The notes: a model not told the origin generated them from the sequence alone. DNA of 40,933 bases from an uncultured Eubacteriales bacterium (GCA_964553505.1 CAZKKX010000003.1:1-40933); one strand, 5' to 3'; counted from the stretch's first letter, positions 21,018-33,299 are shown. A program made the numbers and translations.

Positions 21018-23084
21018 ATGCCTAGACAATTTCCCTTAGAAGAAACAAGAAATATCGGTATTATGGCACATATCGATGCAGGAAAAACTACAACAACAGA
21101 AAGAATACTATTCTATACCGGCAGGACGCATAAGCTTGGAGAAGTGCATGAAGGTGCGGCTACAATGGATTGGATGGAGCAGGAGCAGGAAAGAGGTATT
21201 ACTATTACTTCAGCTGCAACAACTGCTCAGTGGAAAGATAAAAGAATAAATATTATCGATACGCCAGGCCATGTTGACTTTACAGTTGAAGTTGAGCGAT
21301 CACTTCGTGTGCTGGATGGCACCGTAGCGGTATTTTGTGCTAAAGGCGGAGTTGAGCCTCAATCTGAAACAGTCTGGAGGCAGGCTGAGAAGTATGGAGT
21401 GCCCAGAATGGCATTTATTAACAAAATGGATATTTTGGGAGCAGATTTTTTGAATGTTGTAAAGATGATGCGAGAAAGACTGAAAGCAAATGCAGTACCT
21501 ATTCAAATACCTATTGGAAAAGAAGATACTTTTACAGGAATTATTGATTTGGTCGAGATGAATGCAAGGATATACAAAGATGATCTTGGAAAAGTTATGG
21601 AAATCGTTGATATTCCTGAAGACATGAAAGATATAACCGATGAATGGAAAGCGAATTTGCTTGAAGTAGTTGCAGATGCAGATGAAGAATTAATGATGAA
21701 GTACTTGGAAGGCGAGGAAATCTCTCCGGATGAAATAAAAGCGGCAATACGAAAAATGACCGTTTCCAACGAAATGGTACCTGTATGTTGTGGGTCAGCA
21801 TACAAAAATAAAGGCGTACAATTGTTATTGGATGCCGTGGTAGCCTATCTTCCTTCTCCTTTGGATATTCCTGCAATAAAAGGGATTCATCCTAAGACAG
21901 ATGAAGAAATTGAAAGAAAGGCTGATGAGAAAGAGCCTTTTTCAGCATTAGCATTTAAGATCATGGCAGACCCGTTTGTAGGGAAACTTGCTTTTTTCCG
22001 AGTTTATTCAGGAAAATTAAAGTCAGGATCTTATGTATATAATTCGACAAAAGAAAAAAAAGAACGGATTGGGCGCATTCTTCAGATGCATGCCAACCGT
22101 AGAGAAGACATAGAAGAAGTATATGCCGGCGATATTGCTGCTGCAGTAGGTTTGAAGGATACAACTACCGGGGACACACTTTGTGATGAAAAAAACCCTG
22201 TTATACTTGAATCTATGGAATTTCCTGAACCTGTTATTGAAATTGCCATTGAGCCGAAAACTAAGGCTGGTCAGGAAAAAATGGGTTTGGCACTTGCGAA
22301 GCTTGCAGAAGAAGATCCTACTTTCAGGACATTTACTAACGAGGATACCGGTCAGACAATTATTGCAGGAATGGGAGAACTTCATCTTGAAATTATTGTC
22401 GACAGGCTTTTAAGAGAATTCAAAGTTGAAGCGAATGTAGGAAAGCCGCAGGTTGCCTATAAGGAAACCATAACGAAAACTGCAGATATAGATCATAAGT
22501 ATGCGAAACAAAGTGGCGGTCGCGGGCAATATGGGCATGTTAAAATCAAAGTATCTCCAATGGAATCAGGACAGGGATATGAATTTGTTAATTCCGTTGT
22601 TGGCGGTGCGATTCCAAAAGAATATATTCCAAAAGTTGAGGATGGGATTAAAGAAGCCATGCAAAACGGTGCTTTAGCAGGTTATCCTGTTGTAGACGTT
22701 AAAATTGAGCTTTATGATGGTTCTTATCATGAAGTTGACTCGTCTGAAATGGCATTTAAAATTGCAGGTTCTATGGCTTTTCGAGAAGCAATGAAAAAGT
22801 CAAATCCGGCACTCTTGGAACCTTATTTTAAAATAGAAGTAACAGTTCCGGAGGAGTATATGGGTGACGTAATTGGTGATATTAACTCCAGAAGGGGCAA
22901 AATAGAAGGCATGCAAACAAGATCAGGTGCCCAGATTATAAAAGGGTACGTACCACTATCAGAAATGTTTGGTTATGCGACAGATTTAAGATCCAGGACA
23001 CAGGGAAGAGGTGTGTACGTTATGCAGTTTGATCATTTTGAAAAAGTACCTGCCGGCCTGGTAGAAAAGATTATGAAGAAATGA
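21018..23084 (+). CDS. fusA: Elongation factor G
   Basis: [39 protein letters not shown]. Confidence 0.99.
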   Translation: MPRQFPLEETRNIGIMAHIDAGKTTTTERILFYTGRTHKLGEVHEGAATMDWMEQEQERGITITSAATTAQWKDKRINIIDTPGHVDFTVEVERSLRVLDGTVAVFCAKGGVEPQSETVWRQAEKYGVPRMAFINKMDILGADFLNVVKMMRERLKANAVPIQIPIGKEDTFTGIIDLVEMNARIYKDDLGKVMEIVDIPEDMKDITDEWKANLLEVVADADEELMMKYLEGEEISPDEIKAAIRKMTVSNEMVPVCCGSAYKNKGVQLLLDAVVAYLPSPLDIPAIKGIHPKTDEEIERKADEKEPFSALAFKIMADPFVGKLAFFRVYSGKLKSGSYVYNSTKEKKERIGRILQMHANRREDIEEVYAGDIAAAVGLKDTTTGDTLCDEKNPVILESMEFPEPVIEIAIEPKTKAGQEKMGLALAKLAEEDPTFRTFTNEDTGQTIIAGMGELHLEIIVDRLLREFKVEANVGKPQVAYKETITKTADIDHKYAKQSGGRGQYGHVKIKVSPMESGQGYEFVNSVVGGAIPKEYIPKVEDGIKEAMQNGALAGYPVVDVKIELYDGSYHEVDSSEMAFKIAGSMAFREAMKKSNPALLEPYFKIEVTVPEEYMGDVIGDINSRRGKIEGMQTRSGAQIIKGYVPLSEMFGYATDLRSRTQGRGVYVMQFDHFEKVPAGLVEKIMKK

Positions 23085-23100
23085 TAAGGAGGATTAAAAA

Positions 23101-24294
23101 ATGGGAAAAGCAAAATTTGAAAGAAACAAACCTCATGTAAACATTGGAACAATAGGACACGTAGATCACGGAAAAACAACATTGACAGCAGCTATTACAA
23201 AAACATTACACTTAAGATATGGGCTTGGAGGCGAAATTGCATTCGACGAAATCGACAAAGCGCCGGAAGAGAAAGAAAGAGGAATCACAATATCTACAGC
23301 ACATGTAGAATACGAAACACCAAACAGACACTATGCACATGTAGACTGTCCAGGACATGCTGACTATGTAAAGAACATGATAACAGGAGCCGCACAGATG
23401 GATGGAGCTATCATGGTAGTGGCTGCCACAGACGGACCGATGCCTCAGACAAGAGAACATATTCTGTTATCCAGACAGGTAGGAGTTCCTTACATTGTGG
23501 TATTTCTGAACAAATGTGACATGGTAGACGATGAAGAATTATTGGATTTGGTGGAAATGGAAGTAAGAGAACTTCTTGATGAATATGAATTCCCAGGAGA
23601 TGATACACCGGTCATCAGAGGATCTGCTCTTGAAGCATTGAATAATCCCGAAGGACCATGGGGAGATAAAATCATAGAACTTTATGAAGCCGTAGATTCA
23701 TATATTCCTGAACCTGAAAGAGACACAGACAAACCGTTCCTGATGCCGGTAGAAGATGTATTCTCCATCACGGGAAGAGGAACGGTAGCAACAGGAAAAG
23801 TAGACAGAGGGATACTTAAAGTTCAGGACGAGGTAGAAATCGTAGGGTTGACAGATGAAGCGAGAAAAGTTGTGGTAACAGGAGTAGAAATGTTCAGAAA
23901 ACTATTGGATCAGGCACAGGCCGGGGACAATGTAGGCGTACTTTTAAGAGGCGTACAAAGAACAGAGATCGAAAGAGGACAGGTACTTGCAGCACCGAAG
24001 ACCATCAAACCCCATACAAAATTCAATGCTCAGGTATACGTATTGAAAAAAGAAGAAGGCGGAAGACACACACCGTTCTTTAACGGATACAGGCCACAGT
24101 TTTATTTTAGGACAACAGACGTTACAGGAACAGTAAAATTGCCCGAAGGCACAGAAATGTGTATGCCTGGCGATCATATCAAAATGGATATTGAACTGAT
24201 TACACCTATTGCAATGGAAGAAGGCTTAAGATTTGCCATAAGAGAAGGCGGAAGAACGGTTGCTTCCGGAGTTGTAACATCTGTTATCGAATAA
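23101..24294 (+). CDS. tuf: Elongation factor Tu (copy 2)
   Basis: Translation identical to copy 1; canonical position after fusA. Confidence 0.99.
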   Translation: MGKAKFERNKPHVNIGTIGHVDHGKTTLTAAITKTLHLRYGLGGEIAFDEIDKAPEEKERGITISTAHVEYETPNRHYAHVDCPGHADYVKNMITGAAQMDGAIMVVAATDGPMPQTREHILLSRQVGVPYIVVFLNKCDMVDDEELLDLVEMEVRELLDEYEFPGDDTPVIRGSALEALNNPEGPWGDKIIELYEAVDSYIPEPERDTDKPFLMPVEDVFSITGRGTVATGKVDRGILKVQDEVEIVGLTDEARKVVVTGVEMFRKLLDQAQAGDNVGVLLRGVQRTEIERGQVLAAPKTIKPHTKFNAQVYVLKKEEGGRHTPFFNGYRPQFYFRTTDVTGTVKLPEGTEMCMPGDHIKMDIELITPIAMEEGLRFAIREGGRTVASGVVTSVIE

Positions 24295-24295
24295 G

Positions 24296-24360
24296 AAATA
24301 TTTATTGGCTTGCATTCATTTTATAGATGTTGATTGAATGCAAGCCCTGATAAAATATTT
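24296..24360 (+). terminator. Long hairpin after tuf copy 2 (probable terminator or 3' stabiliser; weak U-tract)
   Basis: Perfect 12-bp GGCTTGCATTCA/TGAATGCAAGCC (24307-24346), extendable with AT-rich flanks. Confidence 0.55.
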
Positions 24361-24362
24361 AC

Positions 24363-24391
24363 TTGATTTTCTATTAAAACAGTAATATAAT
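24363..24391 (+). promoter_or_regulatory. SigA-type promoter for the S10 operon
   Basis: TTGATT(24363-24368)-17 nt-TATAAT(24386-24391). Confidence 0.7.
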
Positions 24392-24407
24392 ATTATGGCA
24401 TGCTTTA

Positions 24408-24480
24408 GGACAGCGATGAGGCAGAAGGTTGCTGAATTCAGGGAATTTCTGCTGAGAATGTCCGTTCAAGAAACGGGCGA
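24408..24480 (+). promoter_or_regulatory. Structured S10-operon leader RNA
   Basis: GGACA/TGTCC and GCAGAA/TTCTGC stems with a GATGA/TGA internal loop, starting just downstream of the promoter. Confidence 0.6.
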
Positions 24481-24585
24481 TTGGTATTTGTGCACGTTTT
24501 AAAAAAAAAGAAACACCCGGATAAGTGTATGAAGACCCTTCGTGCGATCAAAATTAATAACGTGCGAAAAAAGGAGGTAAAAGCA

Positions 24586-24897
24586 ATGACTCAAGGACAG
24601 AAAATCAGAATCAGATTAAAGGCGTATGATCATAAAATTTTAGACCAGTCTGCAGGTAAAATAGTAGAAACTGCTAAGAAAACAGGAGCAGATGTATCAG
24701 GACCTATTCCATTGCCTACTGAAAAACAAGTAATTACAATTCTAAGAGCGGTTCACAAGTATAAGGATTCAAGAGAACAGTTTGAGCAGAGAACACATAA
24801 AAGGCTTATTGATATTCTAAGTCCTACACCCAAGACGGTAGATTCTCTTATGAGGCTTGATTTGCCGGCAGGTGTTGATATTGAAATAAAACTTTAG
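24586..24897 (+). CDS. rpsJ: 30S ribosomal protein S10
   Basis: [33 protein letters not shown]; ATG at 24586 after AAGGAGG. Confidence 0.98.
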   Translation: MTQGQKIRIRLKAYDHKILDQSAGKIVETAKKTGADVSGPIPLPTEKQVITILRAVHKYKDSREQFEQRTHKRLIDILSPTPKTVDSLMRLDLPAGVDIEIKL

Positions 24898-25000
24898 GAA
24901 GTACTAGGAATTAAGGTTGAGATAGATAATAAGATTCTCCTTAGCCATTTCTTAGTATGATTACAAATGTAATCCGCTGTAAGAACATAGGAGGTGTAAA

Positions 25001-25642
25001 ATGAAAACGATATTAGGTAAAAAAGTTGGAATGACACAAATATTTACGGAAGCCGGAGAAGTTATACCGGTCAGTGTTATAGAAGCAGGACCGGTTACGG
25101 TCACACAGGTAAAATCTGAAGAAACAGACGGCTATAAGGGAGTACAGATTGGATTTGGAGAAATAAAGGAAAAAAAGGTTACAAAACCTTTAAAAGGACA
25201 TTTTGACAAATCAAATCTGGAACATAAAAAATATTTGGCAGAGTTTAGAATAGATAATGCCGATAACTATGAAGTCGGGCAAACCCTTACGGTTGAAGAC
25301 TTTGAAGTCGGATCGAAAGTAGATGTTACAGGTACTTCAAAAGGAAAAGGAACCCAGGGACCGATAAAAAGACACGGTCAATCAAGAGGACCTACGACTC
25401 ATGGATCAAAATATCACAGAGGTCCCGGTTCCTTAGGCGGAACTTCTTATCCGGGAAGAGTATTCAAAGGACAGACCGGTGCCGGAAGAATGGGTAATGA
25501 AACGGTTACCGTACAAAACATTGAGATTATAAAAATTATTCCAGAAAAAAACATTATGCTTCTTAAAGGGGCAATTCCAGGACCCAAAGGCGGGCTGATG
25601 AAGATTCAGGATGCTGTAAAAGCCCAGAAACAGAACAAGTAG
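25001..25642 (+). CDS. rplC: 50S ribosomal protein L3
   Basis: [29 protein letters not shown]. Confidence 0.98.
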   Translation: MKTILGKKVGMTQIFTEAGEVIPVSVIEAGPVTVTQVKSEETDGYKGVQIGFGEIKEKKVTKPLKGHFDKSNLEHKKYLAEFRIDNADNYEVGQTLTVEDFEVGSKVDVTGTSKGKGTQGPIKRHGQSRGPTTHGSKYHRGPGSLGGTSYPGRVFKGQTGAGRMGNETVTVQNIEIIKIIPEKNIMLLKGAIPGPKGGLMKIQDAVKAQKQNK

Positions 25643-25670
25643 GCATACCAGCAGAAGGGAGGAAAGATAA

Positions 25671-26294
25671 ATGGCTAAAGTAAGCATATTAAATATGGCC
25701 GGAGAGAATGTCGGCGAGATGAATTTAAAAGATGATGTTTTTGGAGTAAAAATCAATCAATACGCCGTTCACGAAGTGGTAAAAAATTATCTGGCAAACC
25801 AGAGACAGGGCACTCAATCTGCAAAAACAAGAAGCGAAGTCAGAGGTGGCGGACGAAAACCTTATAGACAGAAAGGAACCGGAAGAGCCAGGCAAGGAAG
25901 TATAGTTGCACCTAATCATGTTGGCGGAGGCATTGTTTTTGCACCGAAACCAAGAGATTATAGATATACGCTTCCCAAGAAGTTAAGAAGGCTTGCAATG
26001 AAATCAGCATTGACTTCTAAAGTAGTGGAAAAAGAAATCATTGTTCTTGATGATTTAAAAATGGAAGAACCAAAAACTAAAGAGATGATTCAAGTTCTTT
26101 CTAATATTAAAGCAGATAAGAAAGCGCTCATTATTATGGAGCAAAAAGATGAAAATATTATTAAATCTGCTGCTAATATACCGGGAATCACTACGGCTCT
26201 TGTAACGACAATGAATGTGTACGAAATTATCAATCATAACAGTTTTATTCTTACAAAAGATGCAGTGCACAAAATAGAGGAGGTGTACGCATAA
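25671..26294 (+). CDS. rplD: 50S ribosomal protein L4
   Basis: [33 protein letters not shown]. Confidence 0.98.
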   Translation: MAKVSILNMAGENVGEMNLKDDVFGVKINQYAVHEVVKNYLANQRQGTQSAKTRSEVRGGGRKPYRQKGTGRARQGSIVAPNHVGGGIVFAPKPRDYRYTLPKKLRRLAMKSALTSKVVEKEIIVLDDLKMEEPKTKEMIQVLSNIKADKKALIIMEQKDENIIKSAANIPGITTALVTTMNVYEIINHNSFILTKDAVHKIEEVYA

Positions 26295-26584
26295 TGACAA
26301 TAGCCTATGATATTATTATTCGACCGATCATCACCGAAACAAGTATGGATGATACTACAAATAAGAAATATACTTTTAAGGTTGCAAAAAAAGCGAATAA
26401 AACTCAAATAAAAGCTGCCGTTGAAGAAATTTTCGGAGTTGAAGTTGAAAAAGTAAATATTATGAACATCCGAGGCAAAATGAAACGAATGGGGCGAAAT
26501 GTTGGCCGAACAGCCGATTCAAAAAAAGCAATCATTACGCTTACCCCCGACAGTAAAGAAATAGAGTTCTTCGAGGGAATGTAG
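26294..26584 (+). CDS. rplW: 50S ribosomal protein L23
   Basis: [31 protein letters not shown]; TAATG overlap with rplD. Confidence 0.97.
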   Translation: MTIAYDIIIRPIITETSMDDTTNKKYTFKVAKKANKTQIKAAVEEIFGVEVEKVNIMNIRGKMKRMGRNVGRTADSKKAIITLTPDSKEIEFFEGM

Positions 26585-26622
26585 CTATAAAATGAAATGA
26601 TAATACGAAGGAGGGAAACAGC

Positions 26623-27456
26623 ATGGGTATTAGAAAATATAAACCTATTACACCCGGTCAAAGAGGGATGTCGGTATCAACATTTGAAGAGATTACCACA
26701 AAAGAACCCGAAAAATCCCTGCTGGTAAGCCTGAAGAGAAAAGCAGGAAGAAACGCTCATGGAAAGATAACTGTTCGACATAGAGGTGGAGGGCAGAAAA
26801 GAAAATATAGAATAATAGATTTCAAGAGAGATAAAGACGATATTCCCGCAACAGTGAAAGCAATTGAATATGATCCCAACAGAAGTGCTAACATAGCGCT
26901 GCTTGTTTATGCGGACGGAGAAAAAAGGTATATTATTGCTCCCAACAAGCTTTCGGTAGGGGATACGGTTATATCAGGTGAAAAAGCGGATATTAAGATA
27001 GGAAATGCCCTTCCGCTCAAGAATATTCCTTTTGGAACAATAATTCATAATATAGAACTTAAGCCGGGAAAAGGGGCTCAGATGGTTCGAGCAGCAGGCA
27101 ATTCCGCTCAGCTCATGGCAAGGGAAGGGAAGCATGCAACCTTGAGACTGCCATCCGGTGAAATGAGAAAAGTTAGTATGGCATGCAAGGCTACTATCGG
27201 AGAAGTAGGAAATATTGATCATGCCAATATTATGATTGGAAAAGCAGGAAGAAAAAGACATATGGGAATAAGACCTACTGTCAGAGGTTCTGTTATGAAT
27301 CCAAATGACCATCCGCACGGTGGGGGAGAAGGAAGAGCACCTGTAGGAAGACCTTCACCTGTTACACCATGGGGAAAACCAACCATTGGTTATAAAACAA
27401 GAAAGAAAAACAAGTCATCTGATAAATATATTGTAAAACCGAGAAATAAGAAGTGA
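26623..27456 (+). CDS. rplB: 50S ribosomal protein L2
   Basis: [30 protein letters not shown]. Confidence 0.99.
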   Translation: MGIRKYKPITPGQRGMSVSTFEEITTKEPEKSLLVSLKRKAGRNAHGKITVRHRGGGQKRKYRIIDFKRDKDDIPATVKAIEYDPNRSANIALLVYADGEKRYIIAPNKLSVGDTVISGEKADIKIGNALPLKNIPFGTIIHNIELKPGKGAQMVRAAGNSAQLMAREGKHATLRLPSGEMRKVSMACKATIGEVGNIDHANIMIGKAGRKRHMGIRPTVRGSVMNPNDHPHGGGEGRAPVGRPSPVTPWGKPTIGYKTRKKNKSSDKYIVKPRNKK

Positions 27457-27499
27457 TCATAAAAGCCAGATGATAAGTCTGTGAAGGGAGGAAAAGCTA

Positions 27500-27784
27500 A
27501 TGGGAAGATCTCTTAAAAAAGGACCGTTTATAAAAGAAAAGCTTTTAAACAGAATAGAAGAAATGAATGATAAAAATGATAAAAAGGTCTTAAAGACATG
27601 GTCCAGAGCATCGACTATATTTCCGCAAATGGTAGGGCATACCATAGCCGTACATGACGGGAAAAGGCATGTACCGATTTATATTACGGAAGACATGGTA
27701 GGGCATAAACTTGGAGAATTTGCTCCAACAAGAACTTACAGAGGACATGCGGACAAAGAAAAATCTTCAAAGATTAAGAAATAA
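27500..27784 (+). CDS. rpsS: 30S ribosomal protein S19
   Basis: [21 protein letters not shown]. Confidence 0.98.
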   Translation: MGRSLKKGPFIKEKLLNRIEEMNDKNDKKVLKTWSRASTIFPQMVGHTIAVHDGKRHVPIYITEDMVGHKLGEFAPTRTYRGHADKEKSSKIKK

Positions 27785-27816
27785 AGAATACGTTGATTAT
27801 GGAAGGAGGGTATTCG

Positions 27817-28152
27817 ATGGAGGCAAGAGCAGTTGCAAAATATGTACGAATTTCTCCCAGAAAGATGAAGCCCATTACCGATCTGGTAAGAGGAAAAAAT
27901 GCAAGTGAGGCATTATCGATTTTAAAGTTTACACCAAATAAAGGTGCTAAAATACTGGAAAAAGTCATTAGCTCCGCTGTTGCAAATGCTGAAAACAATC
28001 ATGAAATGGATACGGATAGATTGTTTATATCAGAGGTATATGCGAACCAGGGACCTACTATGAAAAGATGGAGAGCTGGCTCTCAAGGACGTGCGTCGAT
28101 GATACTCAAAAGAAGTAGCCATATAGGAGTTGTATTAAAGGAAAGAGCATAG
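27817..28152 (+). CDS. rplV: 50S ribosomal protein L22
   Basis: RISPRK, SAVANAENN, GPTMKR; ATG at 27817 after GGAGGG. Confidence 0.97.
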   Translation: MEARAVAKYVRISPRKMKPITDLVRGKNASEALSILKFTPNKGAKILEKVISSAVANAENNHEMDTDRLFISEVYANQGPTMKRWRAGSQGRASMILKRSSHIGVVLKERA

Positions 28153-28172
28153 TAGAAGGAGGTAAGAATTGA

Positions 28173-28925
28173 ATGGGTCAAAAAGTTAGCCCTCATGGGT
28201 TGAGAGTGGGCGTTATTAAAGACTGGGATTCAAAATGGTATGCAGATAAAAAAGAGTTCTCGGATCTTCTGATTGAAGACAACAAATTGCGAGACTTAAT
28301 CAAAAAAAGATTATACACGGCAGGCATTTCTAAAATTCAAATTGAAAGAGCCGCAAACAATAAAGTTAAAATTACGATTTATACAGCTAAACCGGGAATG
28401 GTCATCGGTCGAGGCGGAACCGGAATTGACGAATTAAAAGCTGATTTAGAAAAATTCATCAAACGAAGTGTTATGTTAAACGTATTTGAAATCAAAAAGC
28501 CGGAACTGGATGCACAATTGGTTGCAGAAAATGTTGCCTTTGCACTTGAAAGAAGGGTTTCCTTCAGACGAGCAATGAAGCAGGCTCTGGGAAGAACTAT
28601 GAAAGCAGGCGCCAAGGGCGTTAAGATTCAGTCGGCGGGAAGACTTGGCGGTGTTGAAATGGCACGAACTGAAAAATACAGTGAAGGCAATGTTCCTCTT
28701 CATACTTTAAGAGCTGATATCGACTATGGTTTTGCTGAAGCAAATACCACCTACGGAAAAATAGGTGTGAAAGTATGGATCAATTTAGGAGAAGTTCTTC
28801 CAAATACTTCGGGAGATGATAAAGATATCAGAAATTATAATAATAGCGATGATAGAAAAAGAAGGCAAAGGAGAAAACCTGAGAACTCCAGAAAAAGGAA
28901 TGAAACAGTAAAGGAAAAAGAATAA
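28173..28925 (+). CDS. rpsC: 30S ribosomal protein S3 (basic C-terminal tail)
   Basis: [13 protein letters not shown] domain [22 protein letters not shown]. Confidence 0.98.
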   Translation: MGQKVSPHGLRVGVIKDWDSKWYADKKEFSDLLIEDNKLRDLIKKRLYTAGISKIQIERAANNKVKITIYTAKPGMVIGRGGTGIDELKADLEKFIKRSVMLNVFEIKKPELDAQLVAENVAFALERRVSFRRAMKQALGRTMKAGAKGVKIQSAGRLGGVEMARTEKYSEGNVPLHTLRADIDYGFAEANTTYGKIGVKVWINLGEVLPNTSGDDKDIRNYNNSDDRKRRQRRKPENSRKRNETVKEKE

Positions 28926-28989
28926 ACAGAAACGGAAATTGCTAAGGCTTAAACTTAGCAGTTCTTGACCAGAAAGGAGGAACATAGCG

Positions 28990-29433
28990 ATGTTAATGCC
29001 TAAAAGAGTGAAACGTCGTAGAGTGCATAGAGGGAGAATGAAAGGAATAGCAAACAAAGGCAATCAGATTGCTTATGGTAAGTATGGCCTTATTGCTTTA
29101 GAATCTGCATGGATTACATCTAATCAGATAGAAGCTGCCAGAATAGCTATGACCAGATCCATTAAAAGGGGAGGAAAAGTATACATTCAGATATTTCCTC
29201 ACAAGCCGGTAACAAAAAAACCTGCCGAAGTAAGAATGGGTGCTGGAAAAGGTGCTCCTGAGTATTGGGTTGCTGTTGTTAAACCTGGAAGAGTTTTATT
29301 TGAAATCGATGGAGTATCAGAGGAAAAAGCAAGAGAAGCCATTCGCCTTGCAATTCATAAACTTCCGATTAAATGTAAATTCGTATCACGTGACGAATTT
29401 GAAGACAAGGGTGGTGAAGCAAATGAAAGCTGA
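28990..29433 (+). CDS. rplP: 50S ribosomal protein L16
   Basis: [23 protein letters not shown]. Confidence 0.98.
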   Translation: MLMPKRVKRRRVHRGRMKGIANKGNQIAYGKYGLIALESAWITSNQIEAARIAMTRSIKRGGKVYIQIFPHKPVTKKPAEVRMGAGKGAPEYWVAVVKPGRVLFEIDGVSEEKAREAIRLAIHKLPIKCKFVSRDEFEDKGGEANES

Positions 29434-29626
29434 TAAATTACGAAATATGACAGATATAGAACTTAACAGTGAAATTATGAAACTTAAAAATGAATTATTT
29501 AATTTGAGATTTCAGCACGCTACCGGTCAGCTTGAAAACCCTGTTCGCATGAGGATCGTTAAAAAGGAAATTGCTCGAGCGAAAACCATTTTGAGGGAAA
29601 TAGAGCTCAAGAAGGTAAACGCGTAG
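29423..29626 (+). CDS. rpmC: 50S ribosomal protein L29
   Basis: MKADKLR...[17 protein letters not shown]; ATG at 29423 overlaps the end of rplP. Confidence 0.96.
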   Translation: MKADKLRNMTDIELNSEIMKLKNELFNLRFQHATGQLENPVRMRIVKKEIARAKTILREIELKKVNA

Positions 29627-29654
29627 CGTCAGATACGTGGAAGGAGGGTGAACC

Positions 29655-29909
29655 ATGGATAGAAATAAAAGAAAAACAAGAATCGGTAACGTTGTCAGCG
29701 ATAAAATGAATAAGACTATAACTGTTTCCGTAGAGGACTTTGTAAGACATCCTCTTTATGGAAAAGCAGTAAAGAGAACGGCTAAATTTAAGGCACATGA
29801 TGAGAATAATGAATGTAAAATAGGCGATAAAGTAAGAATTATGGAGACAAGACCATTGAGTAAAGACAAAAGATGGAGACTTGTTAATATAGTAGAACGC
29901 GCTAAATAG
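29655..29909 (+). CDS. rpsQ: 30S ribosomal protein S17
   Basis: [26 protein letters not shown]. Confidence 0.98.
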   Translation: MDRNKRKTRIGNVVSDKMNKTITVSVEDFVRHPLYGKAVKRTAKFKAHDENNECKIGDKVRIMETRPLSKDKRWRLVNIVERAK

Positions 29910-29929
29910 TTCTGAAAGGAGGCACGAAA

Positions 29930-30298
29930 ATGATACAACAAGAAACACGTCTTAAAGTTGCCGATAATTCGGGGGCAAAAGAATTGCTTTGCATTCGTGT
30001 GTTAGGCGGTACCAGTCGAAAGTATGCGAATATTGGAGATATAATTGTATGTGCCGTAAAAGACGCAACACCAGGAGGTGTTGTCAAAAAAGGCAATGTA
30101 GTCAGAGCGGTTATTGTAAGAAGTAAAGGCGGGGTACGGCGTGCTGACGGGAGCTATATTAAATTTGACCAGAATGCGGCAGTTATTATCAAAGAAGATA
30201 AGAATCCCGTAGGAACACGTATATTCGGTCCTGTTGCAAGAGAATTAAGGGAGAAAAACTTCATGAAAATTATATCACTTGCACCGGAAGTATTATAA
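29930..30298 (+). CDS. rplN: 50S ribosomal protein L14
   Basis: [27 protein letters not shown]. Confidence 0.98.
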   Translation: MIQQETRLKVADNSGAKELLCIRVLGGTSRKYANIGDIIVCAVKDATPGGVVKKGNVVRAVIVRSKGGVRRADGSYIKFDQNAAVIIKEDKNPVGTRIFGPVARELREKNFMKIISLAPEVL

Positions 30299-30313
30299 CG
30301 AGGAGGTGTGACT

Positions 30314-30625
30314 ATGAATATAAAAAAAGATGATTTAGTTTATGTAATATCAGGAAAAGATAAAGGAAAAAAAGGTAAAGTTATTAAAGCTCTGCCAAGA
30401 GATAATAAAGTAATAGTTGAAGGTGTAAATGTTCTTACCAAACATCAAAAAGCATCTCGAAAAGTTCAGCAAGCAGGGATCGTTCATCAGGAAGGTCCTA
30501 TAGATGTTTCCAATGTTATGATTTGGGATTCAAAGGCCAAAGCACCTGCACGAATTGGTTTTAAAATTAAGGAAAACGGACATAAAGTAAGAATATCTAA
30601 AAAAACAGGTGAAGTTTTGGATTAA
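30314..30625 (+). CDS. rplX: 50S ribosomal protein L24
   Basis: KOW motif VISGKDKGKKG, VEGVN, IDVSNV; ATG at 30314 fits the SD. Confidence 0.97.
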   Translation: MNIKKDDLVYVISGKDKGKKGKVIKALPRDNKVIVEGVNVLTKHQKASRKVQQAGIVHQEGPIDVSNVMIWDSKAKAPARIGFKIKENGHKVRISKKTGEVLD

Positions 30626-30649
30626 TGACTTGAAAGGAGGGAATTAACC

Positions 30650-31192
30650 GTGGCTGTAAGACTTAAAGAACAATATCAGGATCAGGTATTCAATACTTTA
30701 AAAGAAAAGTTTCAGTATACCAATGTTATGGAAGTGCCGAAACTTGAAAAAGTTGTAATAAATATGGGCTTAGGTGAAGCGAAGGATAACGCAAAGTTAT
30801 TGGAAACTGCAGTTGAAGAACTTGCAATTATAAGTGGTCAAAAGCCTGTTGTTACCAAAGCAAGGAAATCAATAGCCAATTTTAAAGTAAGGGCTGGAAA
30901 CCCGGTTGGAGTGAAAGTAACCTTAAGAGGCGACAGAATGTATGAATTTGTTGACAAACTCTTTAATATTGCGCTGCCGCGTGTAAGAGACTTTAGAGGA
31001 GTGAACAGAAAATCATTTGACGGTAGAGGAAACTATGCTCTTGGTATTAAGGAACAACTTATTTTTCCGGAAATAAACTATGACAAAGTAGATAAAATAA
31101 AAGGCATGGATATTATATTTGTTACTTCAGCCAAGACAGATGAAGAAGCACTTGAATTGTTAAAACTCATGGGCATGCCATTTGCAAGATAG
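30650..31192 (+). CDS. rplE: 50S ribosomal protein L5
   Basis: [23 protein letters not shown]; GTG start. Confidence 0.98.
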   Translation: MAVRLKEQYQDQVFNTLKEKFQYTNVMEVPKLEKVVINMGLGEAKDNAKLLETAVEELAIISGQKPVVTKARKSIANFKVRAGNPVGVKVTLRGDRMYEFVDKLFNIALPRVRDFRGVNRKSFDGRGNYALGIKEQLIFPEINYDKVDKIKGMDIIFVTSAKTDEEALELLKLMGMPFAR

Positions 31193-31203
31193 GAGGGAAA
31201 ACT

Positions 31204-31389
31204 GTGGCTAAAAAATCTCTCATAGTAAAACAGCAGAGAAAACCAAAATATTCAACAAGAAAATATACACGATGCAAAATTTGTGGTAGACCACATGCAT
31301 ACCTGAGAAAATTCGGTATATGCCGTATATGCTTTAGGGAATTGGCTTATAAAGGAGAAATACCCGGAGTGAAGAAAGCCAGTTGGTAG
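31204..31389 (+). CDS. rpsZ: 30S ribosomal protein S14, type Z (Zn-binding)
   Basis: 61 aa with CKICGRP...CRICFRE. Confidence 0.97.
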   Translation: MAKKSLIVKQQRKPKYSTRKYTRCKICGRPHAYLRKFGICRICFRELAYKGEIPGVKKASW

Positions 31390-31419
31390 TATTGAATACA
31401 GGGAAGGAGGTAATATGCC

Positions 31420-31818
31420 ATGACAATGACAGATCCCATCGCAGATATGCTTACAAGAATTAGAAATGCAAATACTGTAGGACATGATACTGTGGATATT
31501 CCGGCTTCAAATATGAAAAAAGCCATAGCAGAAATACTCTACAGAGAAGGATATATAAGAGGATTCGATATTATCGAAGACGGAAAGCAAGGTATTATCA
31601 GAGTCCAAATGAAGTATGGTACTGATAAAGAAAAAGTAATCAGCGGCTTGAAGAAAATTTCAAAGCCGGGGCTAAAGGTTTATGCTAAAACACATGAAAT
31701 TCCGAAAGTTCTTGGCGGACTTGGAATTGCTATTATTTCAACATCGAAGGGTATTATTACAGATAAAGATGCCAGAAATATGGGAGTAGGCGGAGAAGTA
31801 ATTTGCTATGTTTGGTAA
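31420..31818 (+). CDS. rpsH: 30S ribosomal protein S8
   Basis: [28 protein letters not shown]. Confidence 0.98.
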   Translation: MTMTDPIADMLTRIRNANTVGHDTVDIPASNMKKAIAEILYREGYIRGFDIIEDGKQGIIRVQMKYGTDKEKVISGLKKISKPGLKVYAKTHEIPKVLGGLGIAIISTSKGIITDKDARNMGVGGEVICYVW

Positions 31819-31849
31819 ACGCCAATGAATAGGTATAGGAGGTGCAGTG

Positions 31850-32389
31850 ATGTCAAGAATTGGAAGACAGCCTATAACTGTTCCGGAAAAAGTATCAATG
31901 GAGGTCGGAAAAAATAATTATATTACCATCAAAGGCCCCAAAGGTGAGTTGAAGGAGCAGATACACAAAGACATTAAAATAGAGCAGAAAGACGGGCAGT
32001 TATTTGTCATTAGGCCGACAGATAATAAAATGCACAGGTCTCTGCACGGATTAAGCAGAGCTTTGCTTAACAATATGGTAACAGGTGTTACACAGGGGTT
32101 TGAAAAGAAACTTCAGGTAGTAGGAGTCGGATATAAGTGTGAGAAAAAGGGGAAGACTCTTGTGTTAAATGTTGGATACTCACACCCGATAGAAATGACT
32201 GATCCGGAAGGATTAGAAACAATCGTAGCAGGAAATGAGATTACCGTAAAAGGTATTAATAAATCGGATGTAGGAAATTATGCAGCCAAAATCAGAGAAC
32301 AGCGTACACCTGAGCCTTATAAAGGAAAAGGCATCAGATATCAGGATGAACGCATTATAAGAAAAGAAGGAAAAGCCGGTAAGAAATAG
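31850..32389 (+). CDS. rplF: 50S ribosomal protein L6
   Basis: MSRIGR, GYSHP, PEPYKGKGIRY. Confidence 0.98.
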   Translation: MSRIGRQPITVPEKVSMEVGKNNYITIKGPKGELKEQIHKDIKIEQKDGQLFVIRPTDNKMHRSLHGLSRALLNNMVTGVTQGFEKKLQVVGVGYKCEKKGKTLVLNVGYSHPIEMTDPEGLETIVAGNEITVKGINKSDVGNYAAKIREQRTPEPYKGKGIRYQDERIIRKEGKAGKK

Positions 32390-32404
32390 AAAGGAGTGAG
32401 TTCA

Positions 32405-32773
32405 ATGGAAGGAAAATACAGCAGAAATGATAACCGTCTCGCCCGACATGGCAGAGTCAGGAAAAAAGTGTTCGGAACTCCTGAAAAACCGAGATTGTGC
32501 ATATATAGAAGTATAAAGAATATATACGCTCAAGTTATTAACGATACGGAAGGTAACACGCTTGTGTCGGCATCCACACTGGATAAAGAAGTTCAGGGAA
32601 ATGCCAAATATGGCGGAAACAAAGAAGCAGCAAAAGCTGTCGGTGCATTGATTGCGAAGAGGGCATTAGATAAAGGCATTGAAACCGTTGCATTTGACAG
32701 AGGCGGATACTTATATCACGGAAGAGTTAAAGAATTGGCTGAAGGAGCAAGAGAAGCCGGACTTAAATTCTAA
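32405..32773 (+). CDS. rplR: 50S ribosomal protein L18
   Basis: [29 protein letters not shown]. Confidence 0.97.
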   Translation: MEGKYSRNDNRLARHGRVRKKVFGTPEKPRLCIYRSIKNIYAQVINDTEGNTLVSASTLDKEVQGNAKYGGNKEAAKAVGALIAKRALDKGIETVAFDRGGYLYHGRVKELAEGAREAGLKF

Positions 32774-32792
32774 GGAAGAAGGAGGGTAATGA

Positions 32793-33299
32793 ATGCAGCG
32801 CAGTAGAATTGATGCATCAAAATTAGACTTAAAAGAGTCTATTGTAAATATCAGACGTGTGGCAAAGGTTGTAAAAGGCGGTAGAAACTTCAGATTCAGT
32901 GTTACAATGGTTGTCGGAAACGAAGACGGCTATGTGGGAGTAGGTCTTGGTAAGGCATTGGAAATTCCTGAAGCCATAAGAAAGGGAATTGAGGATGCTA
33001 AGAAAAATATGATATATGTTCCCAGAGTCGGCACCACGATACCCCACAGATCTGTTGGATTATATGGAGCCGGAAAAGTATTATTGATGCCGGCATCTGA
33101 AGGTACCGGTGTTATTGCCGGAGGGTCTGTCCGTACGGTATTGGAATTGGCAGGTGTAAAGGATGTAAGAGCAAAATCTATAGGAACCAATAATTCCAGA
33201 AATATGGCAAATGCTACAATAAAAGGACTAAAAGACCTTAAAACAGTTGAAAGTGTGTCAAAGCTAAGAGGTAAAACTAAGGAAGAAATATTAGGATAG
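32793..33299 (+). CDS. rpsE: 30S ribosomal protein S5
   Basis: [22 protein letters not shown]. Confidence 0.98.
   Translation: MQRSRIDASKLDLKESIVNIRRVAKVVKGGRNFRFSVTMVVGNEDGYVGVGLGKALEIPEAIRKGIEDAKKNMIYVPRVGTTIPHRSVGLYGAGKVLLMPASEGTGVIAGGSVRTVLELAGVKDVRAKSIGTNNSRNMANATIKGLKDLKTVESVSKLRGKTKEEILG

Noticed and set aside
24541-24567. CGTGCGA repeated with a 20-bp period before the rpsJ SD
   Set aside because: Only two 7-bp copies and no further support; could be chance.
28937-28963. Hairpin AATTGCTAAG/CTTAGCAGTT between rpsC and rplP
   Set aside because: An isolated intra-operon hairpin with no strong U-tract and no similarity to the repeat families; probably a generic stabiliser.
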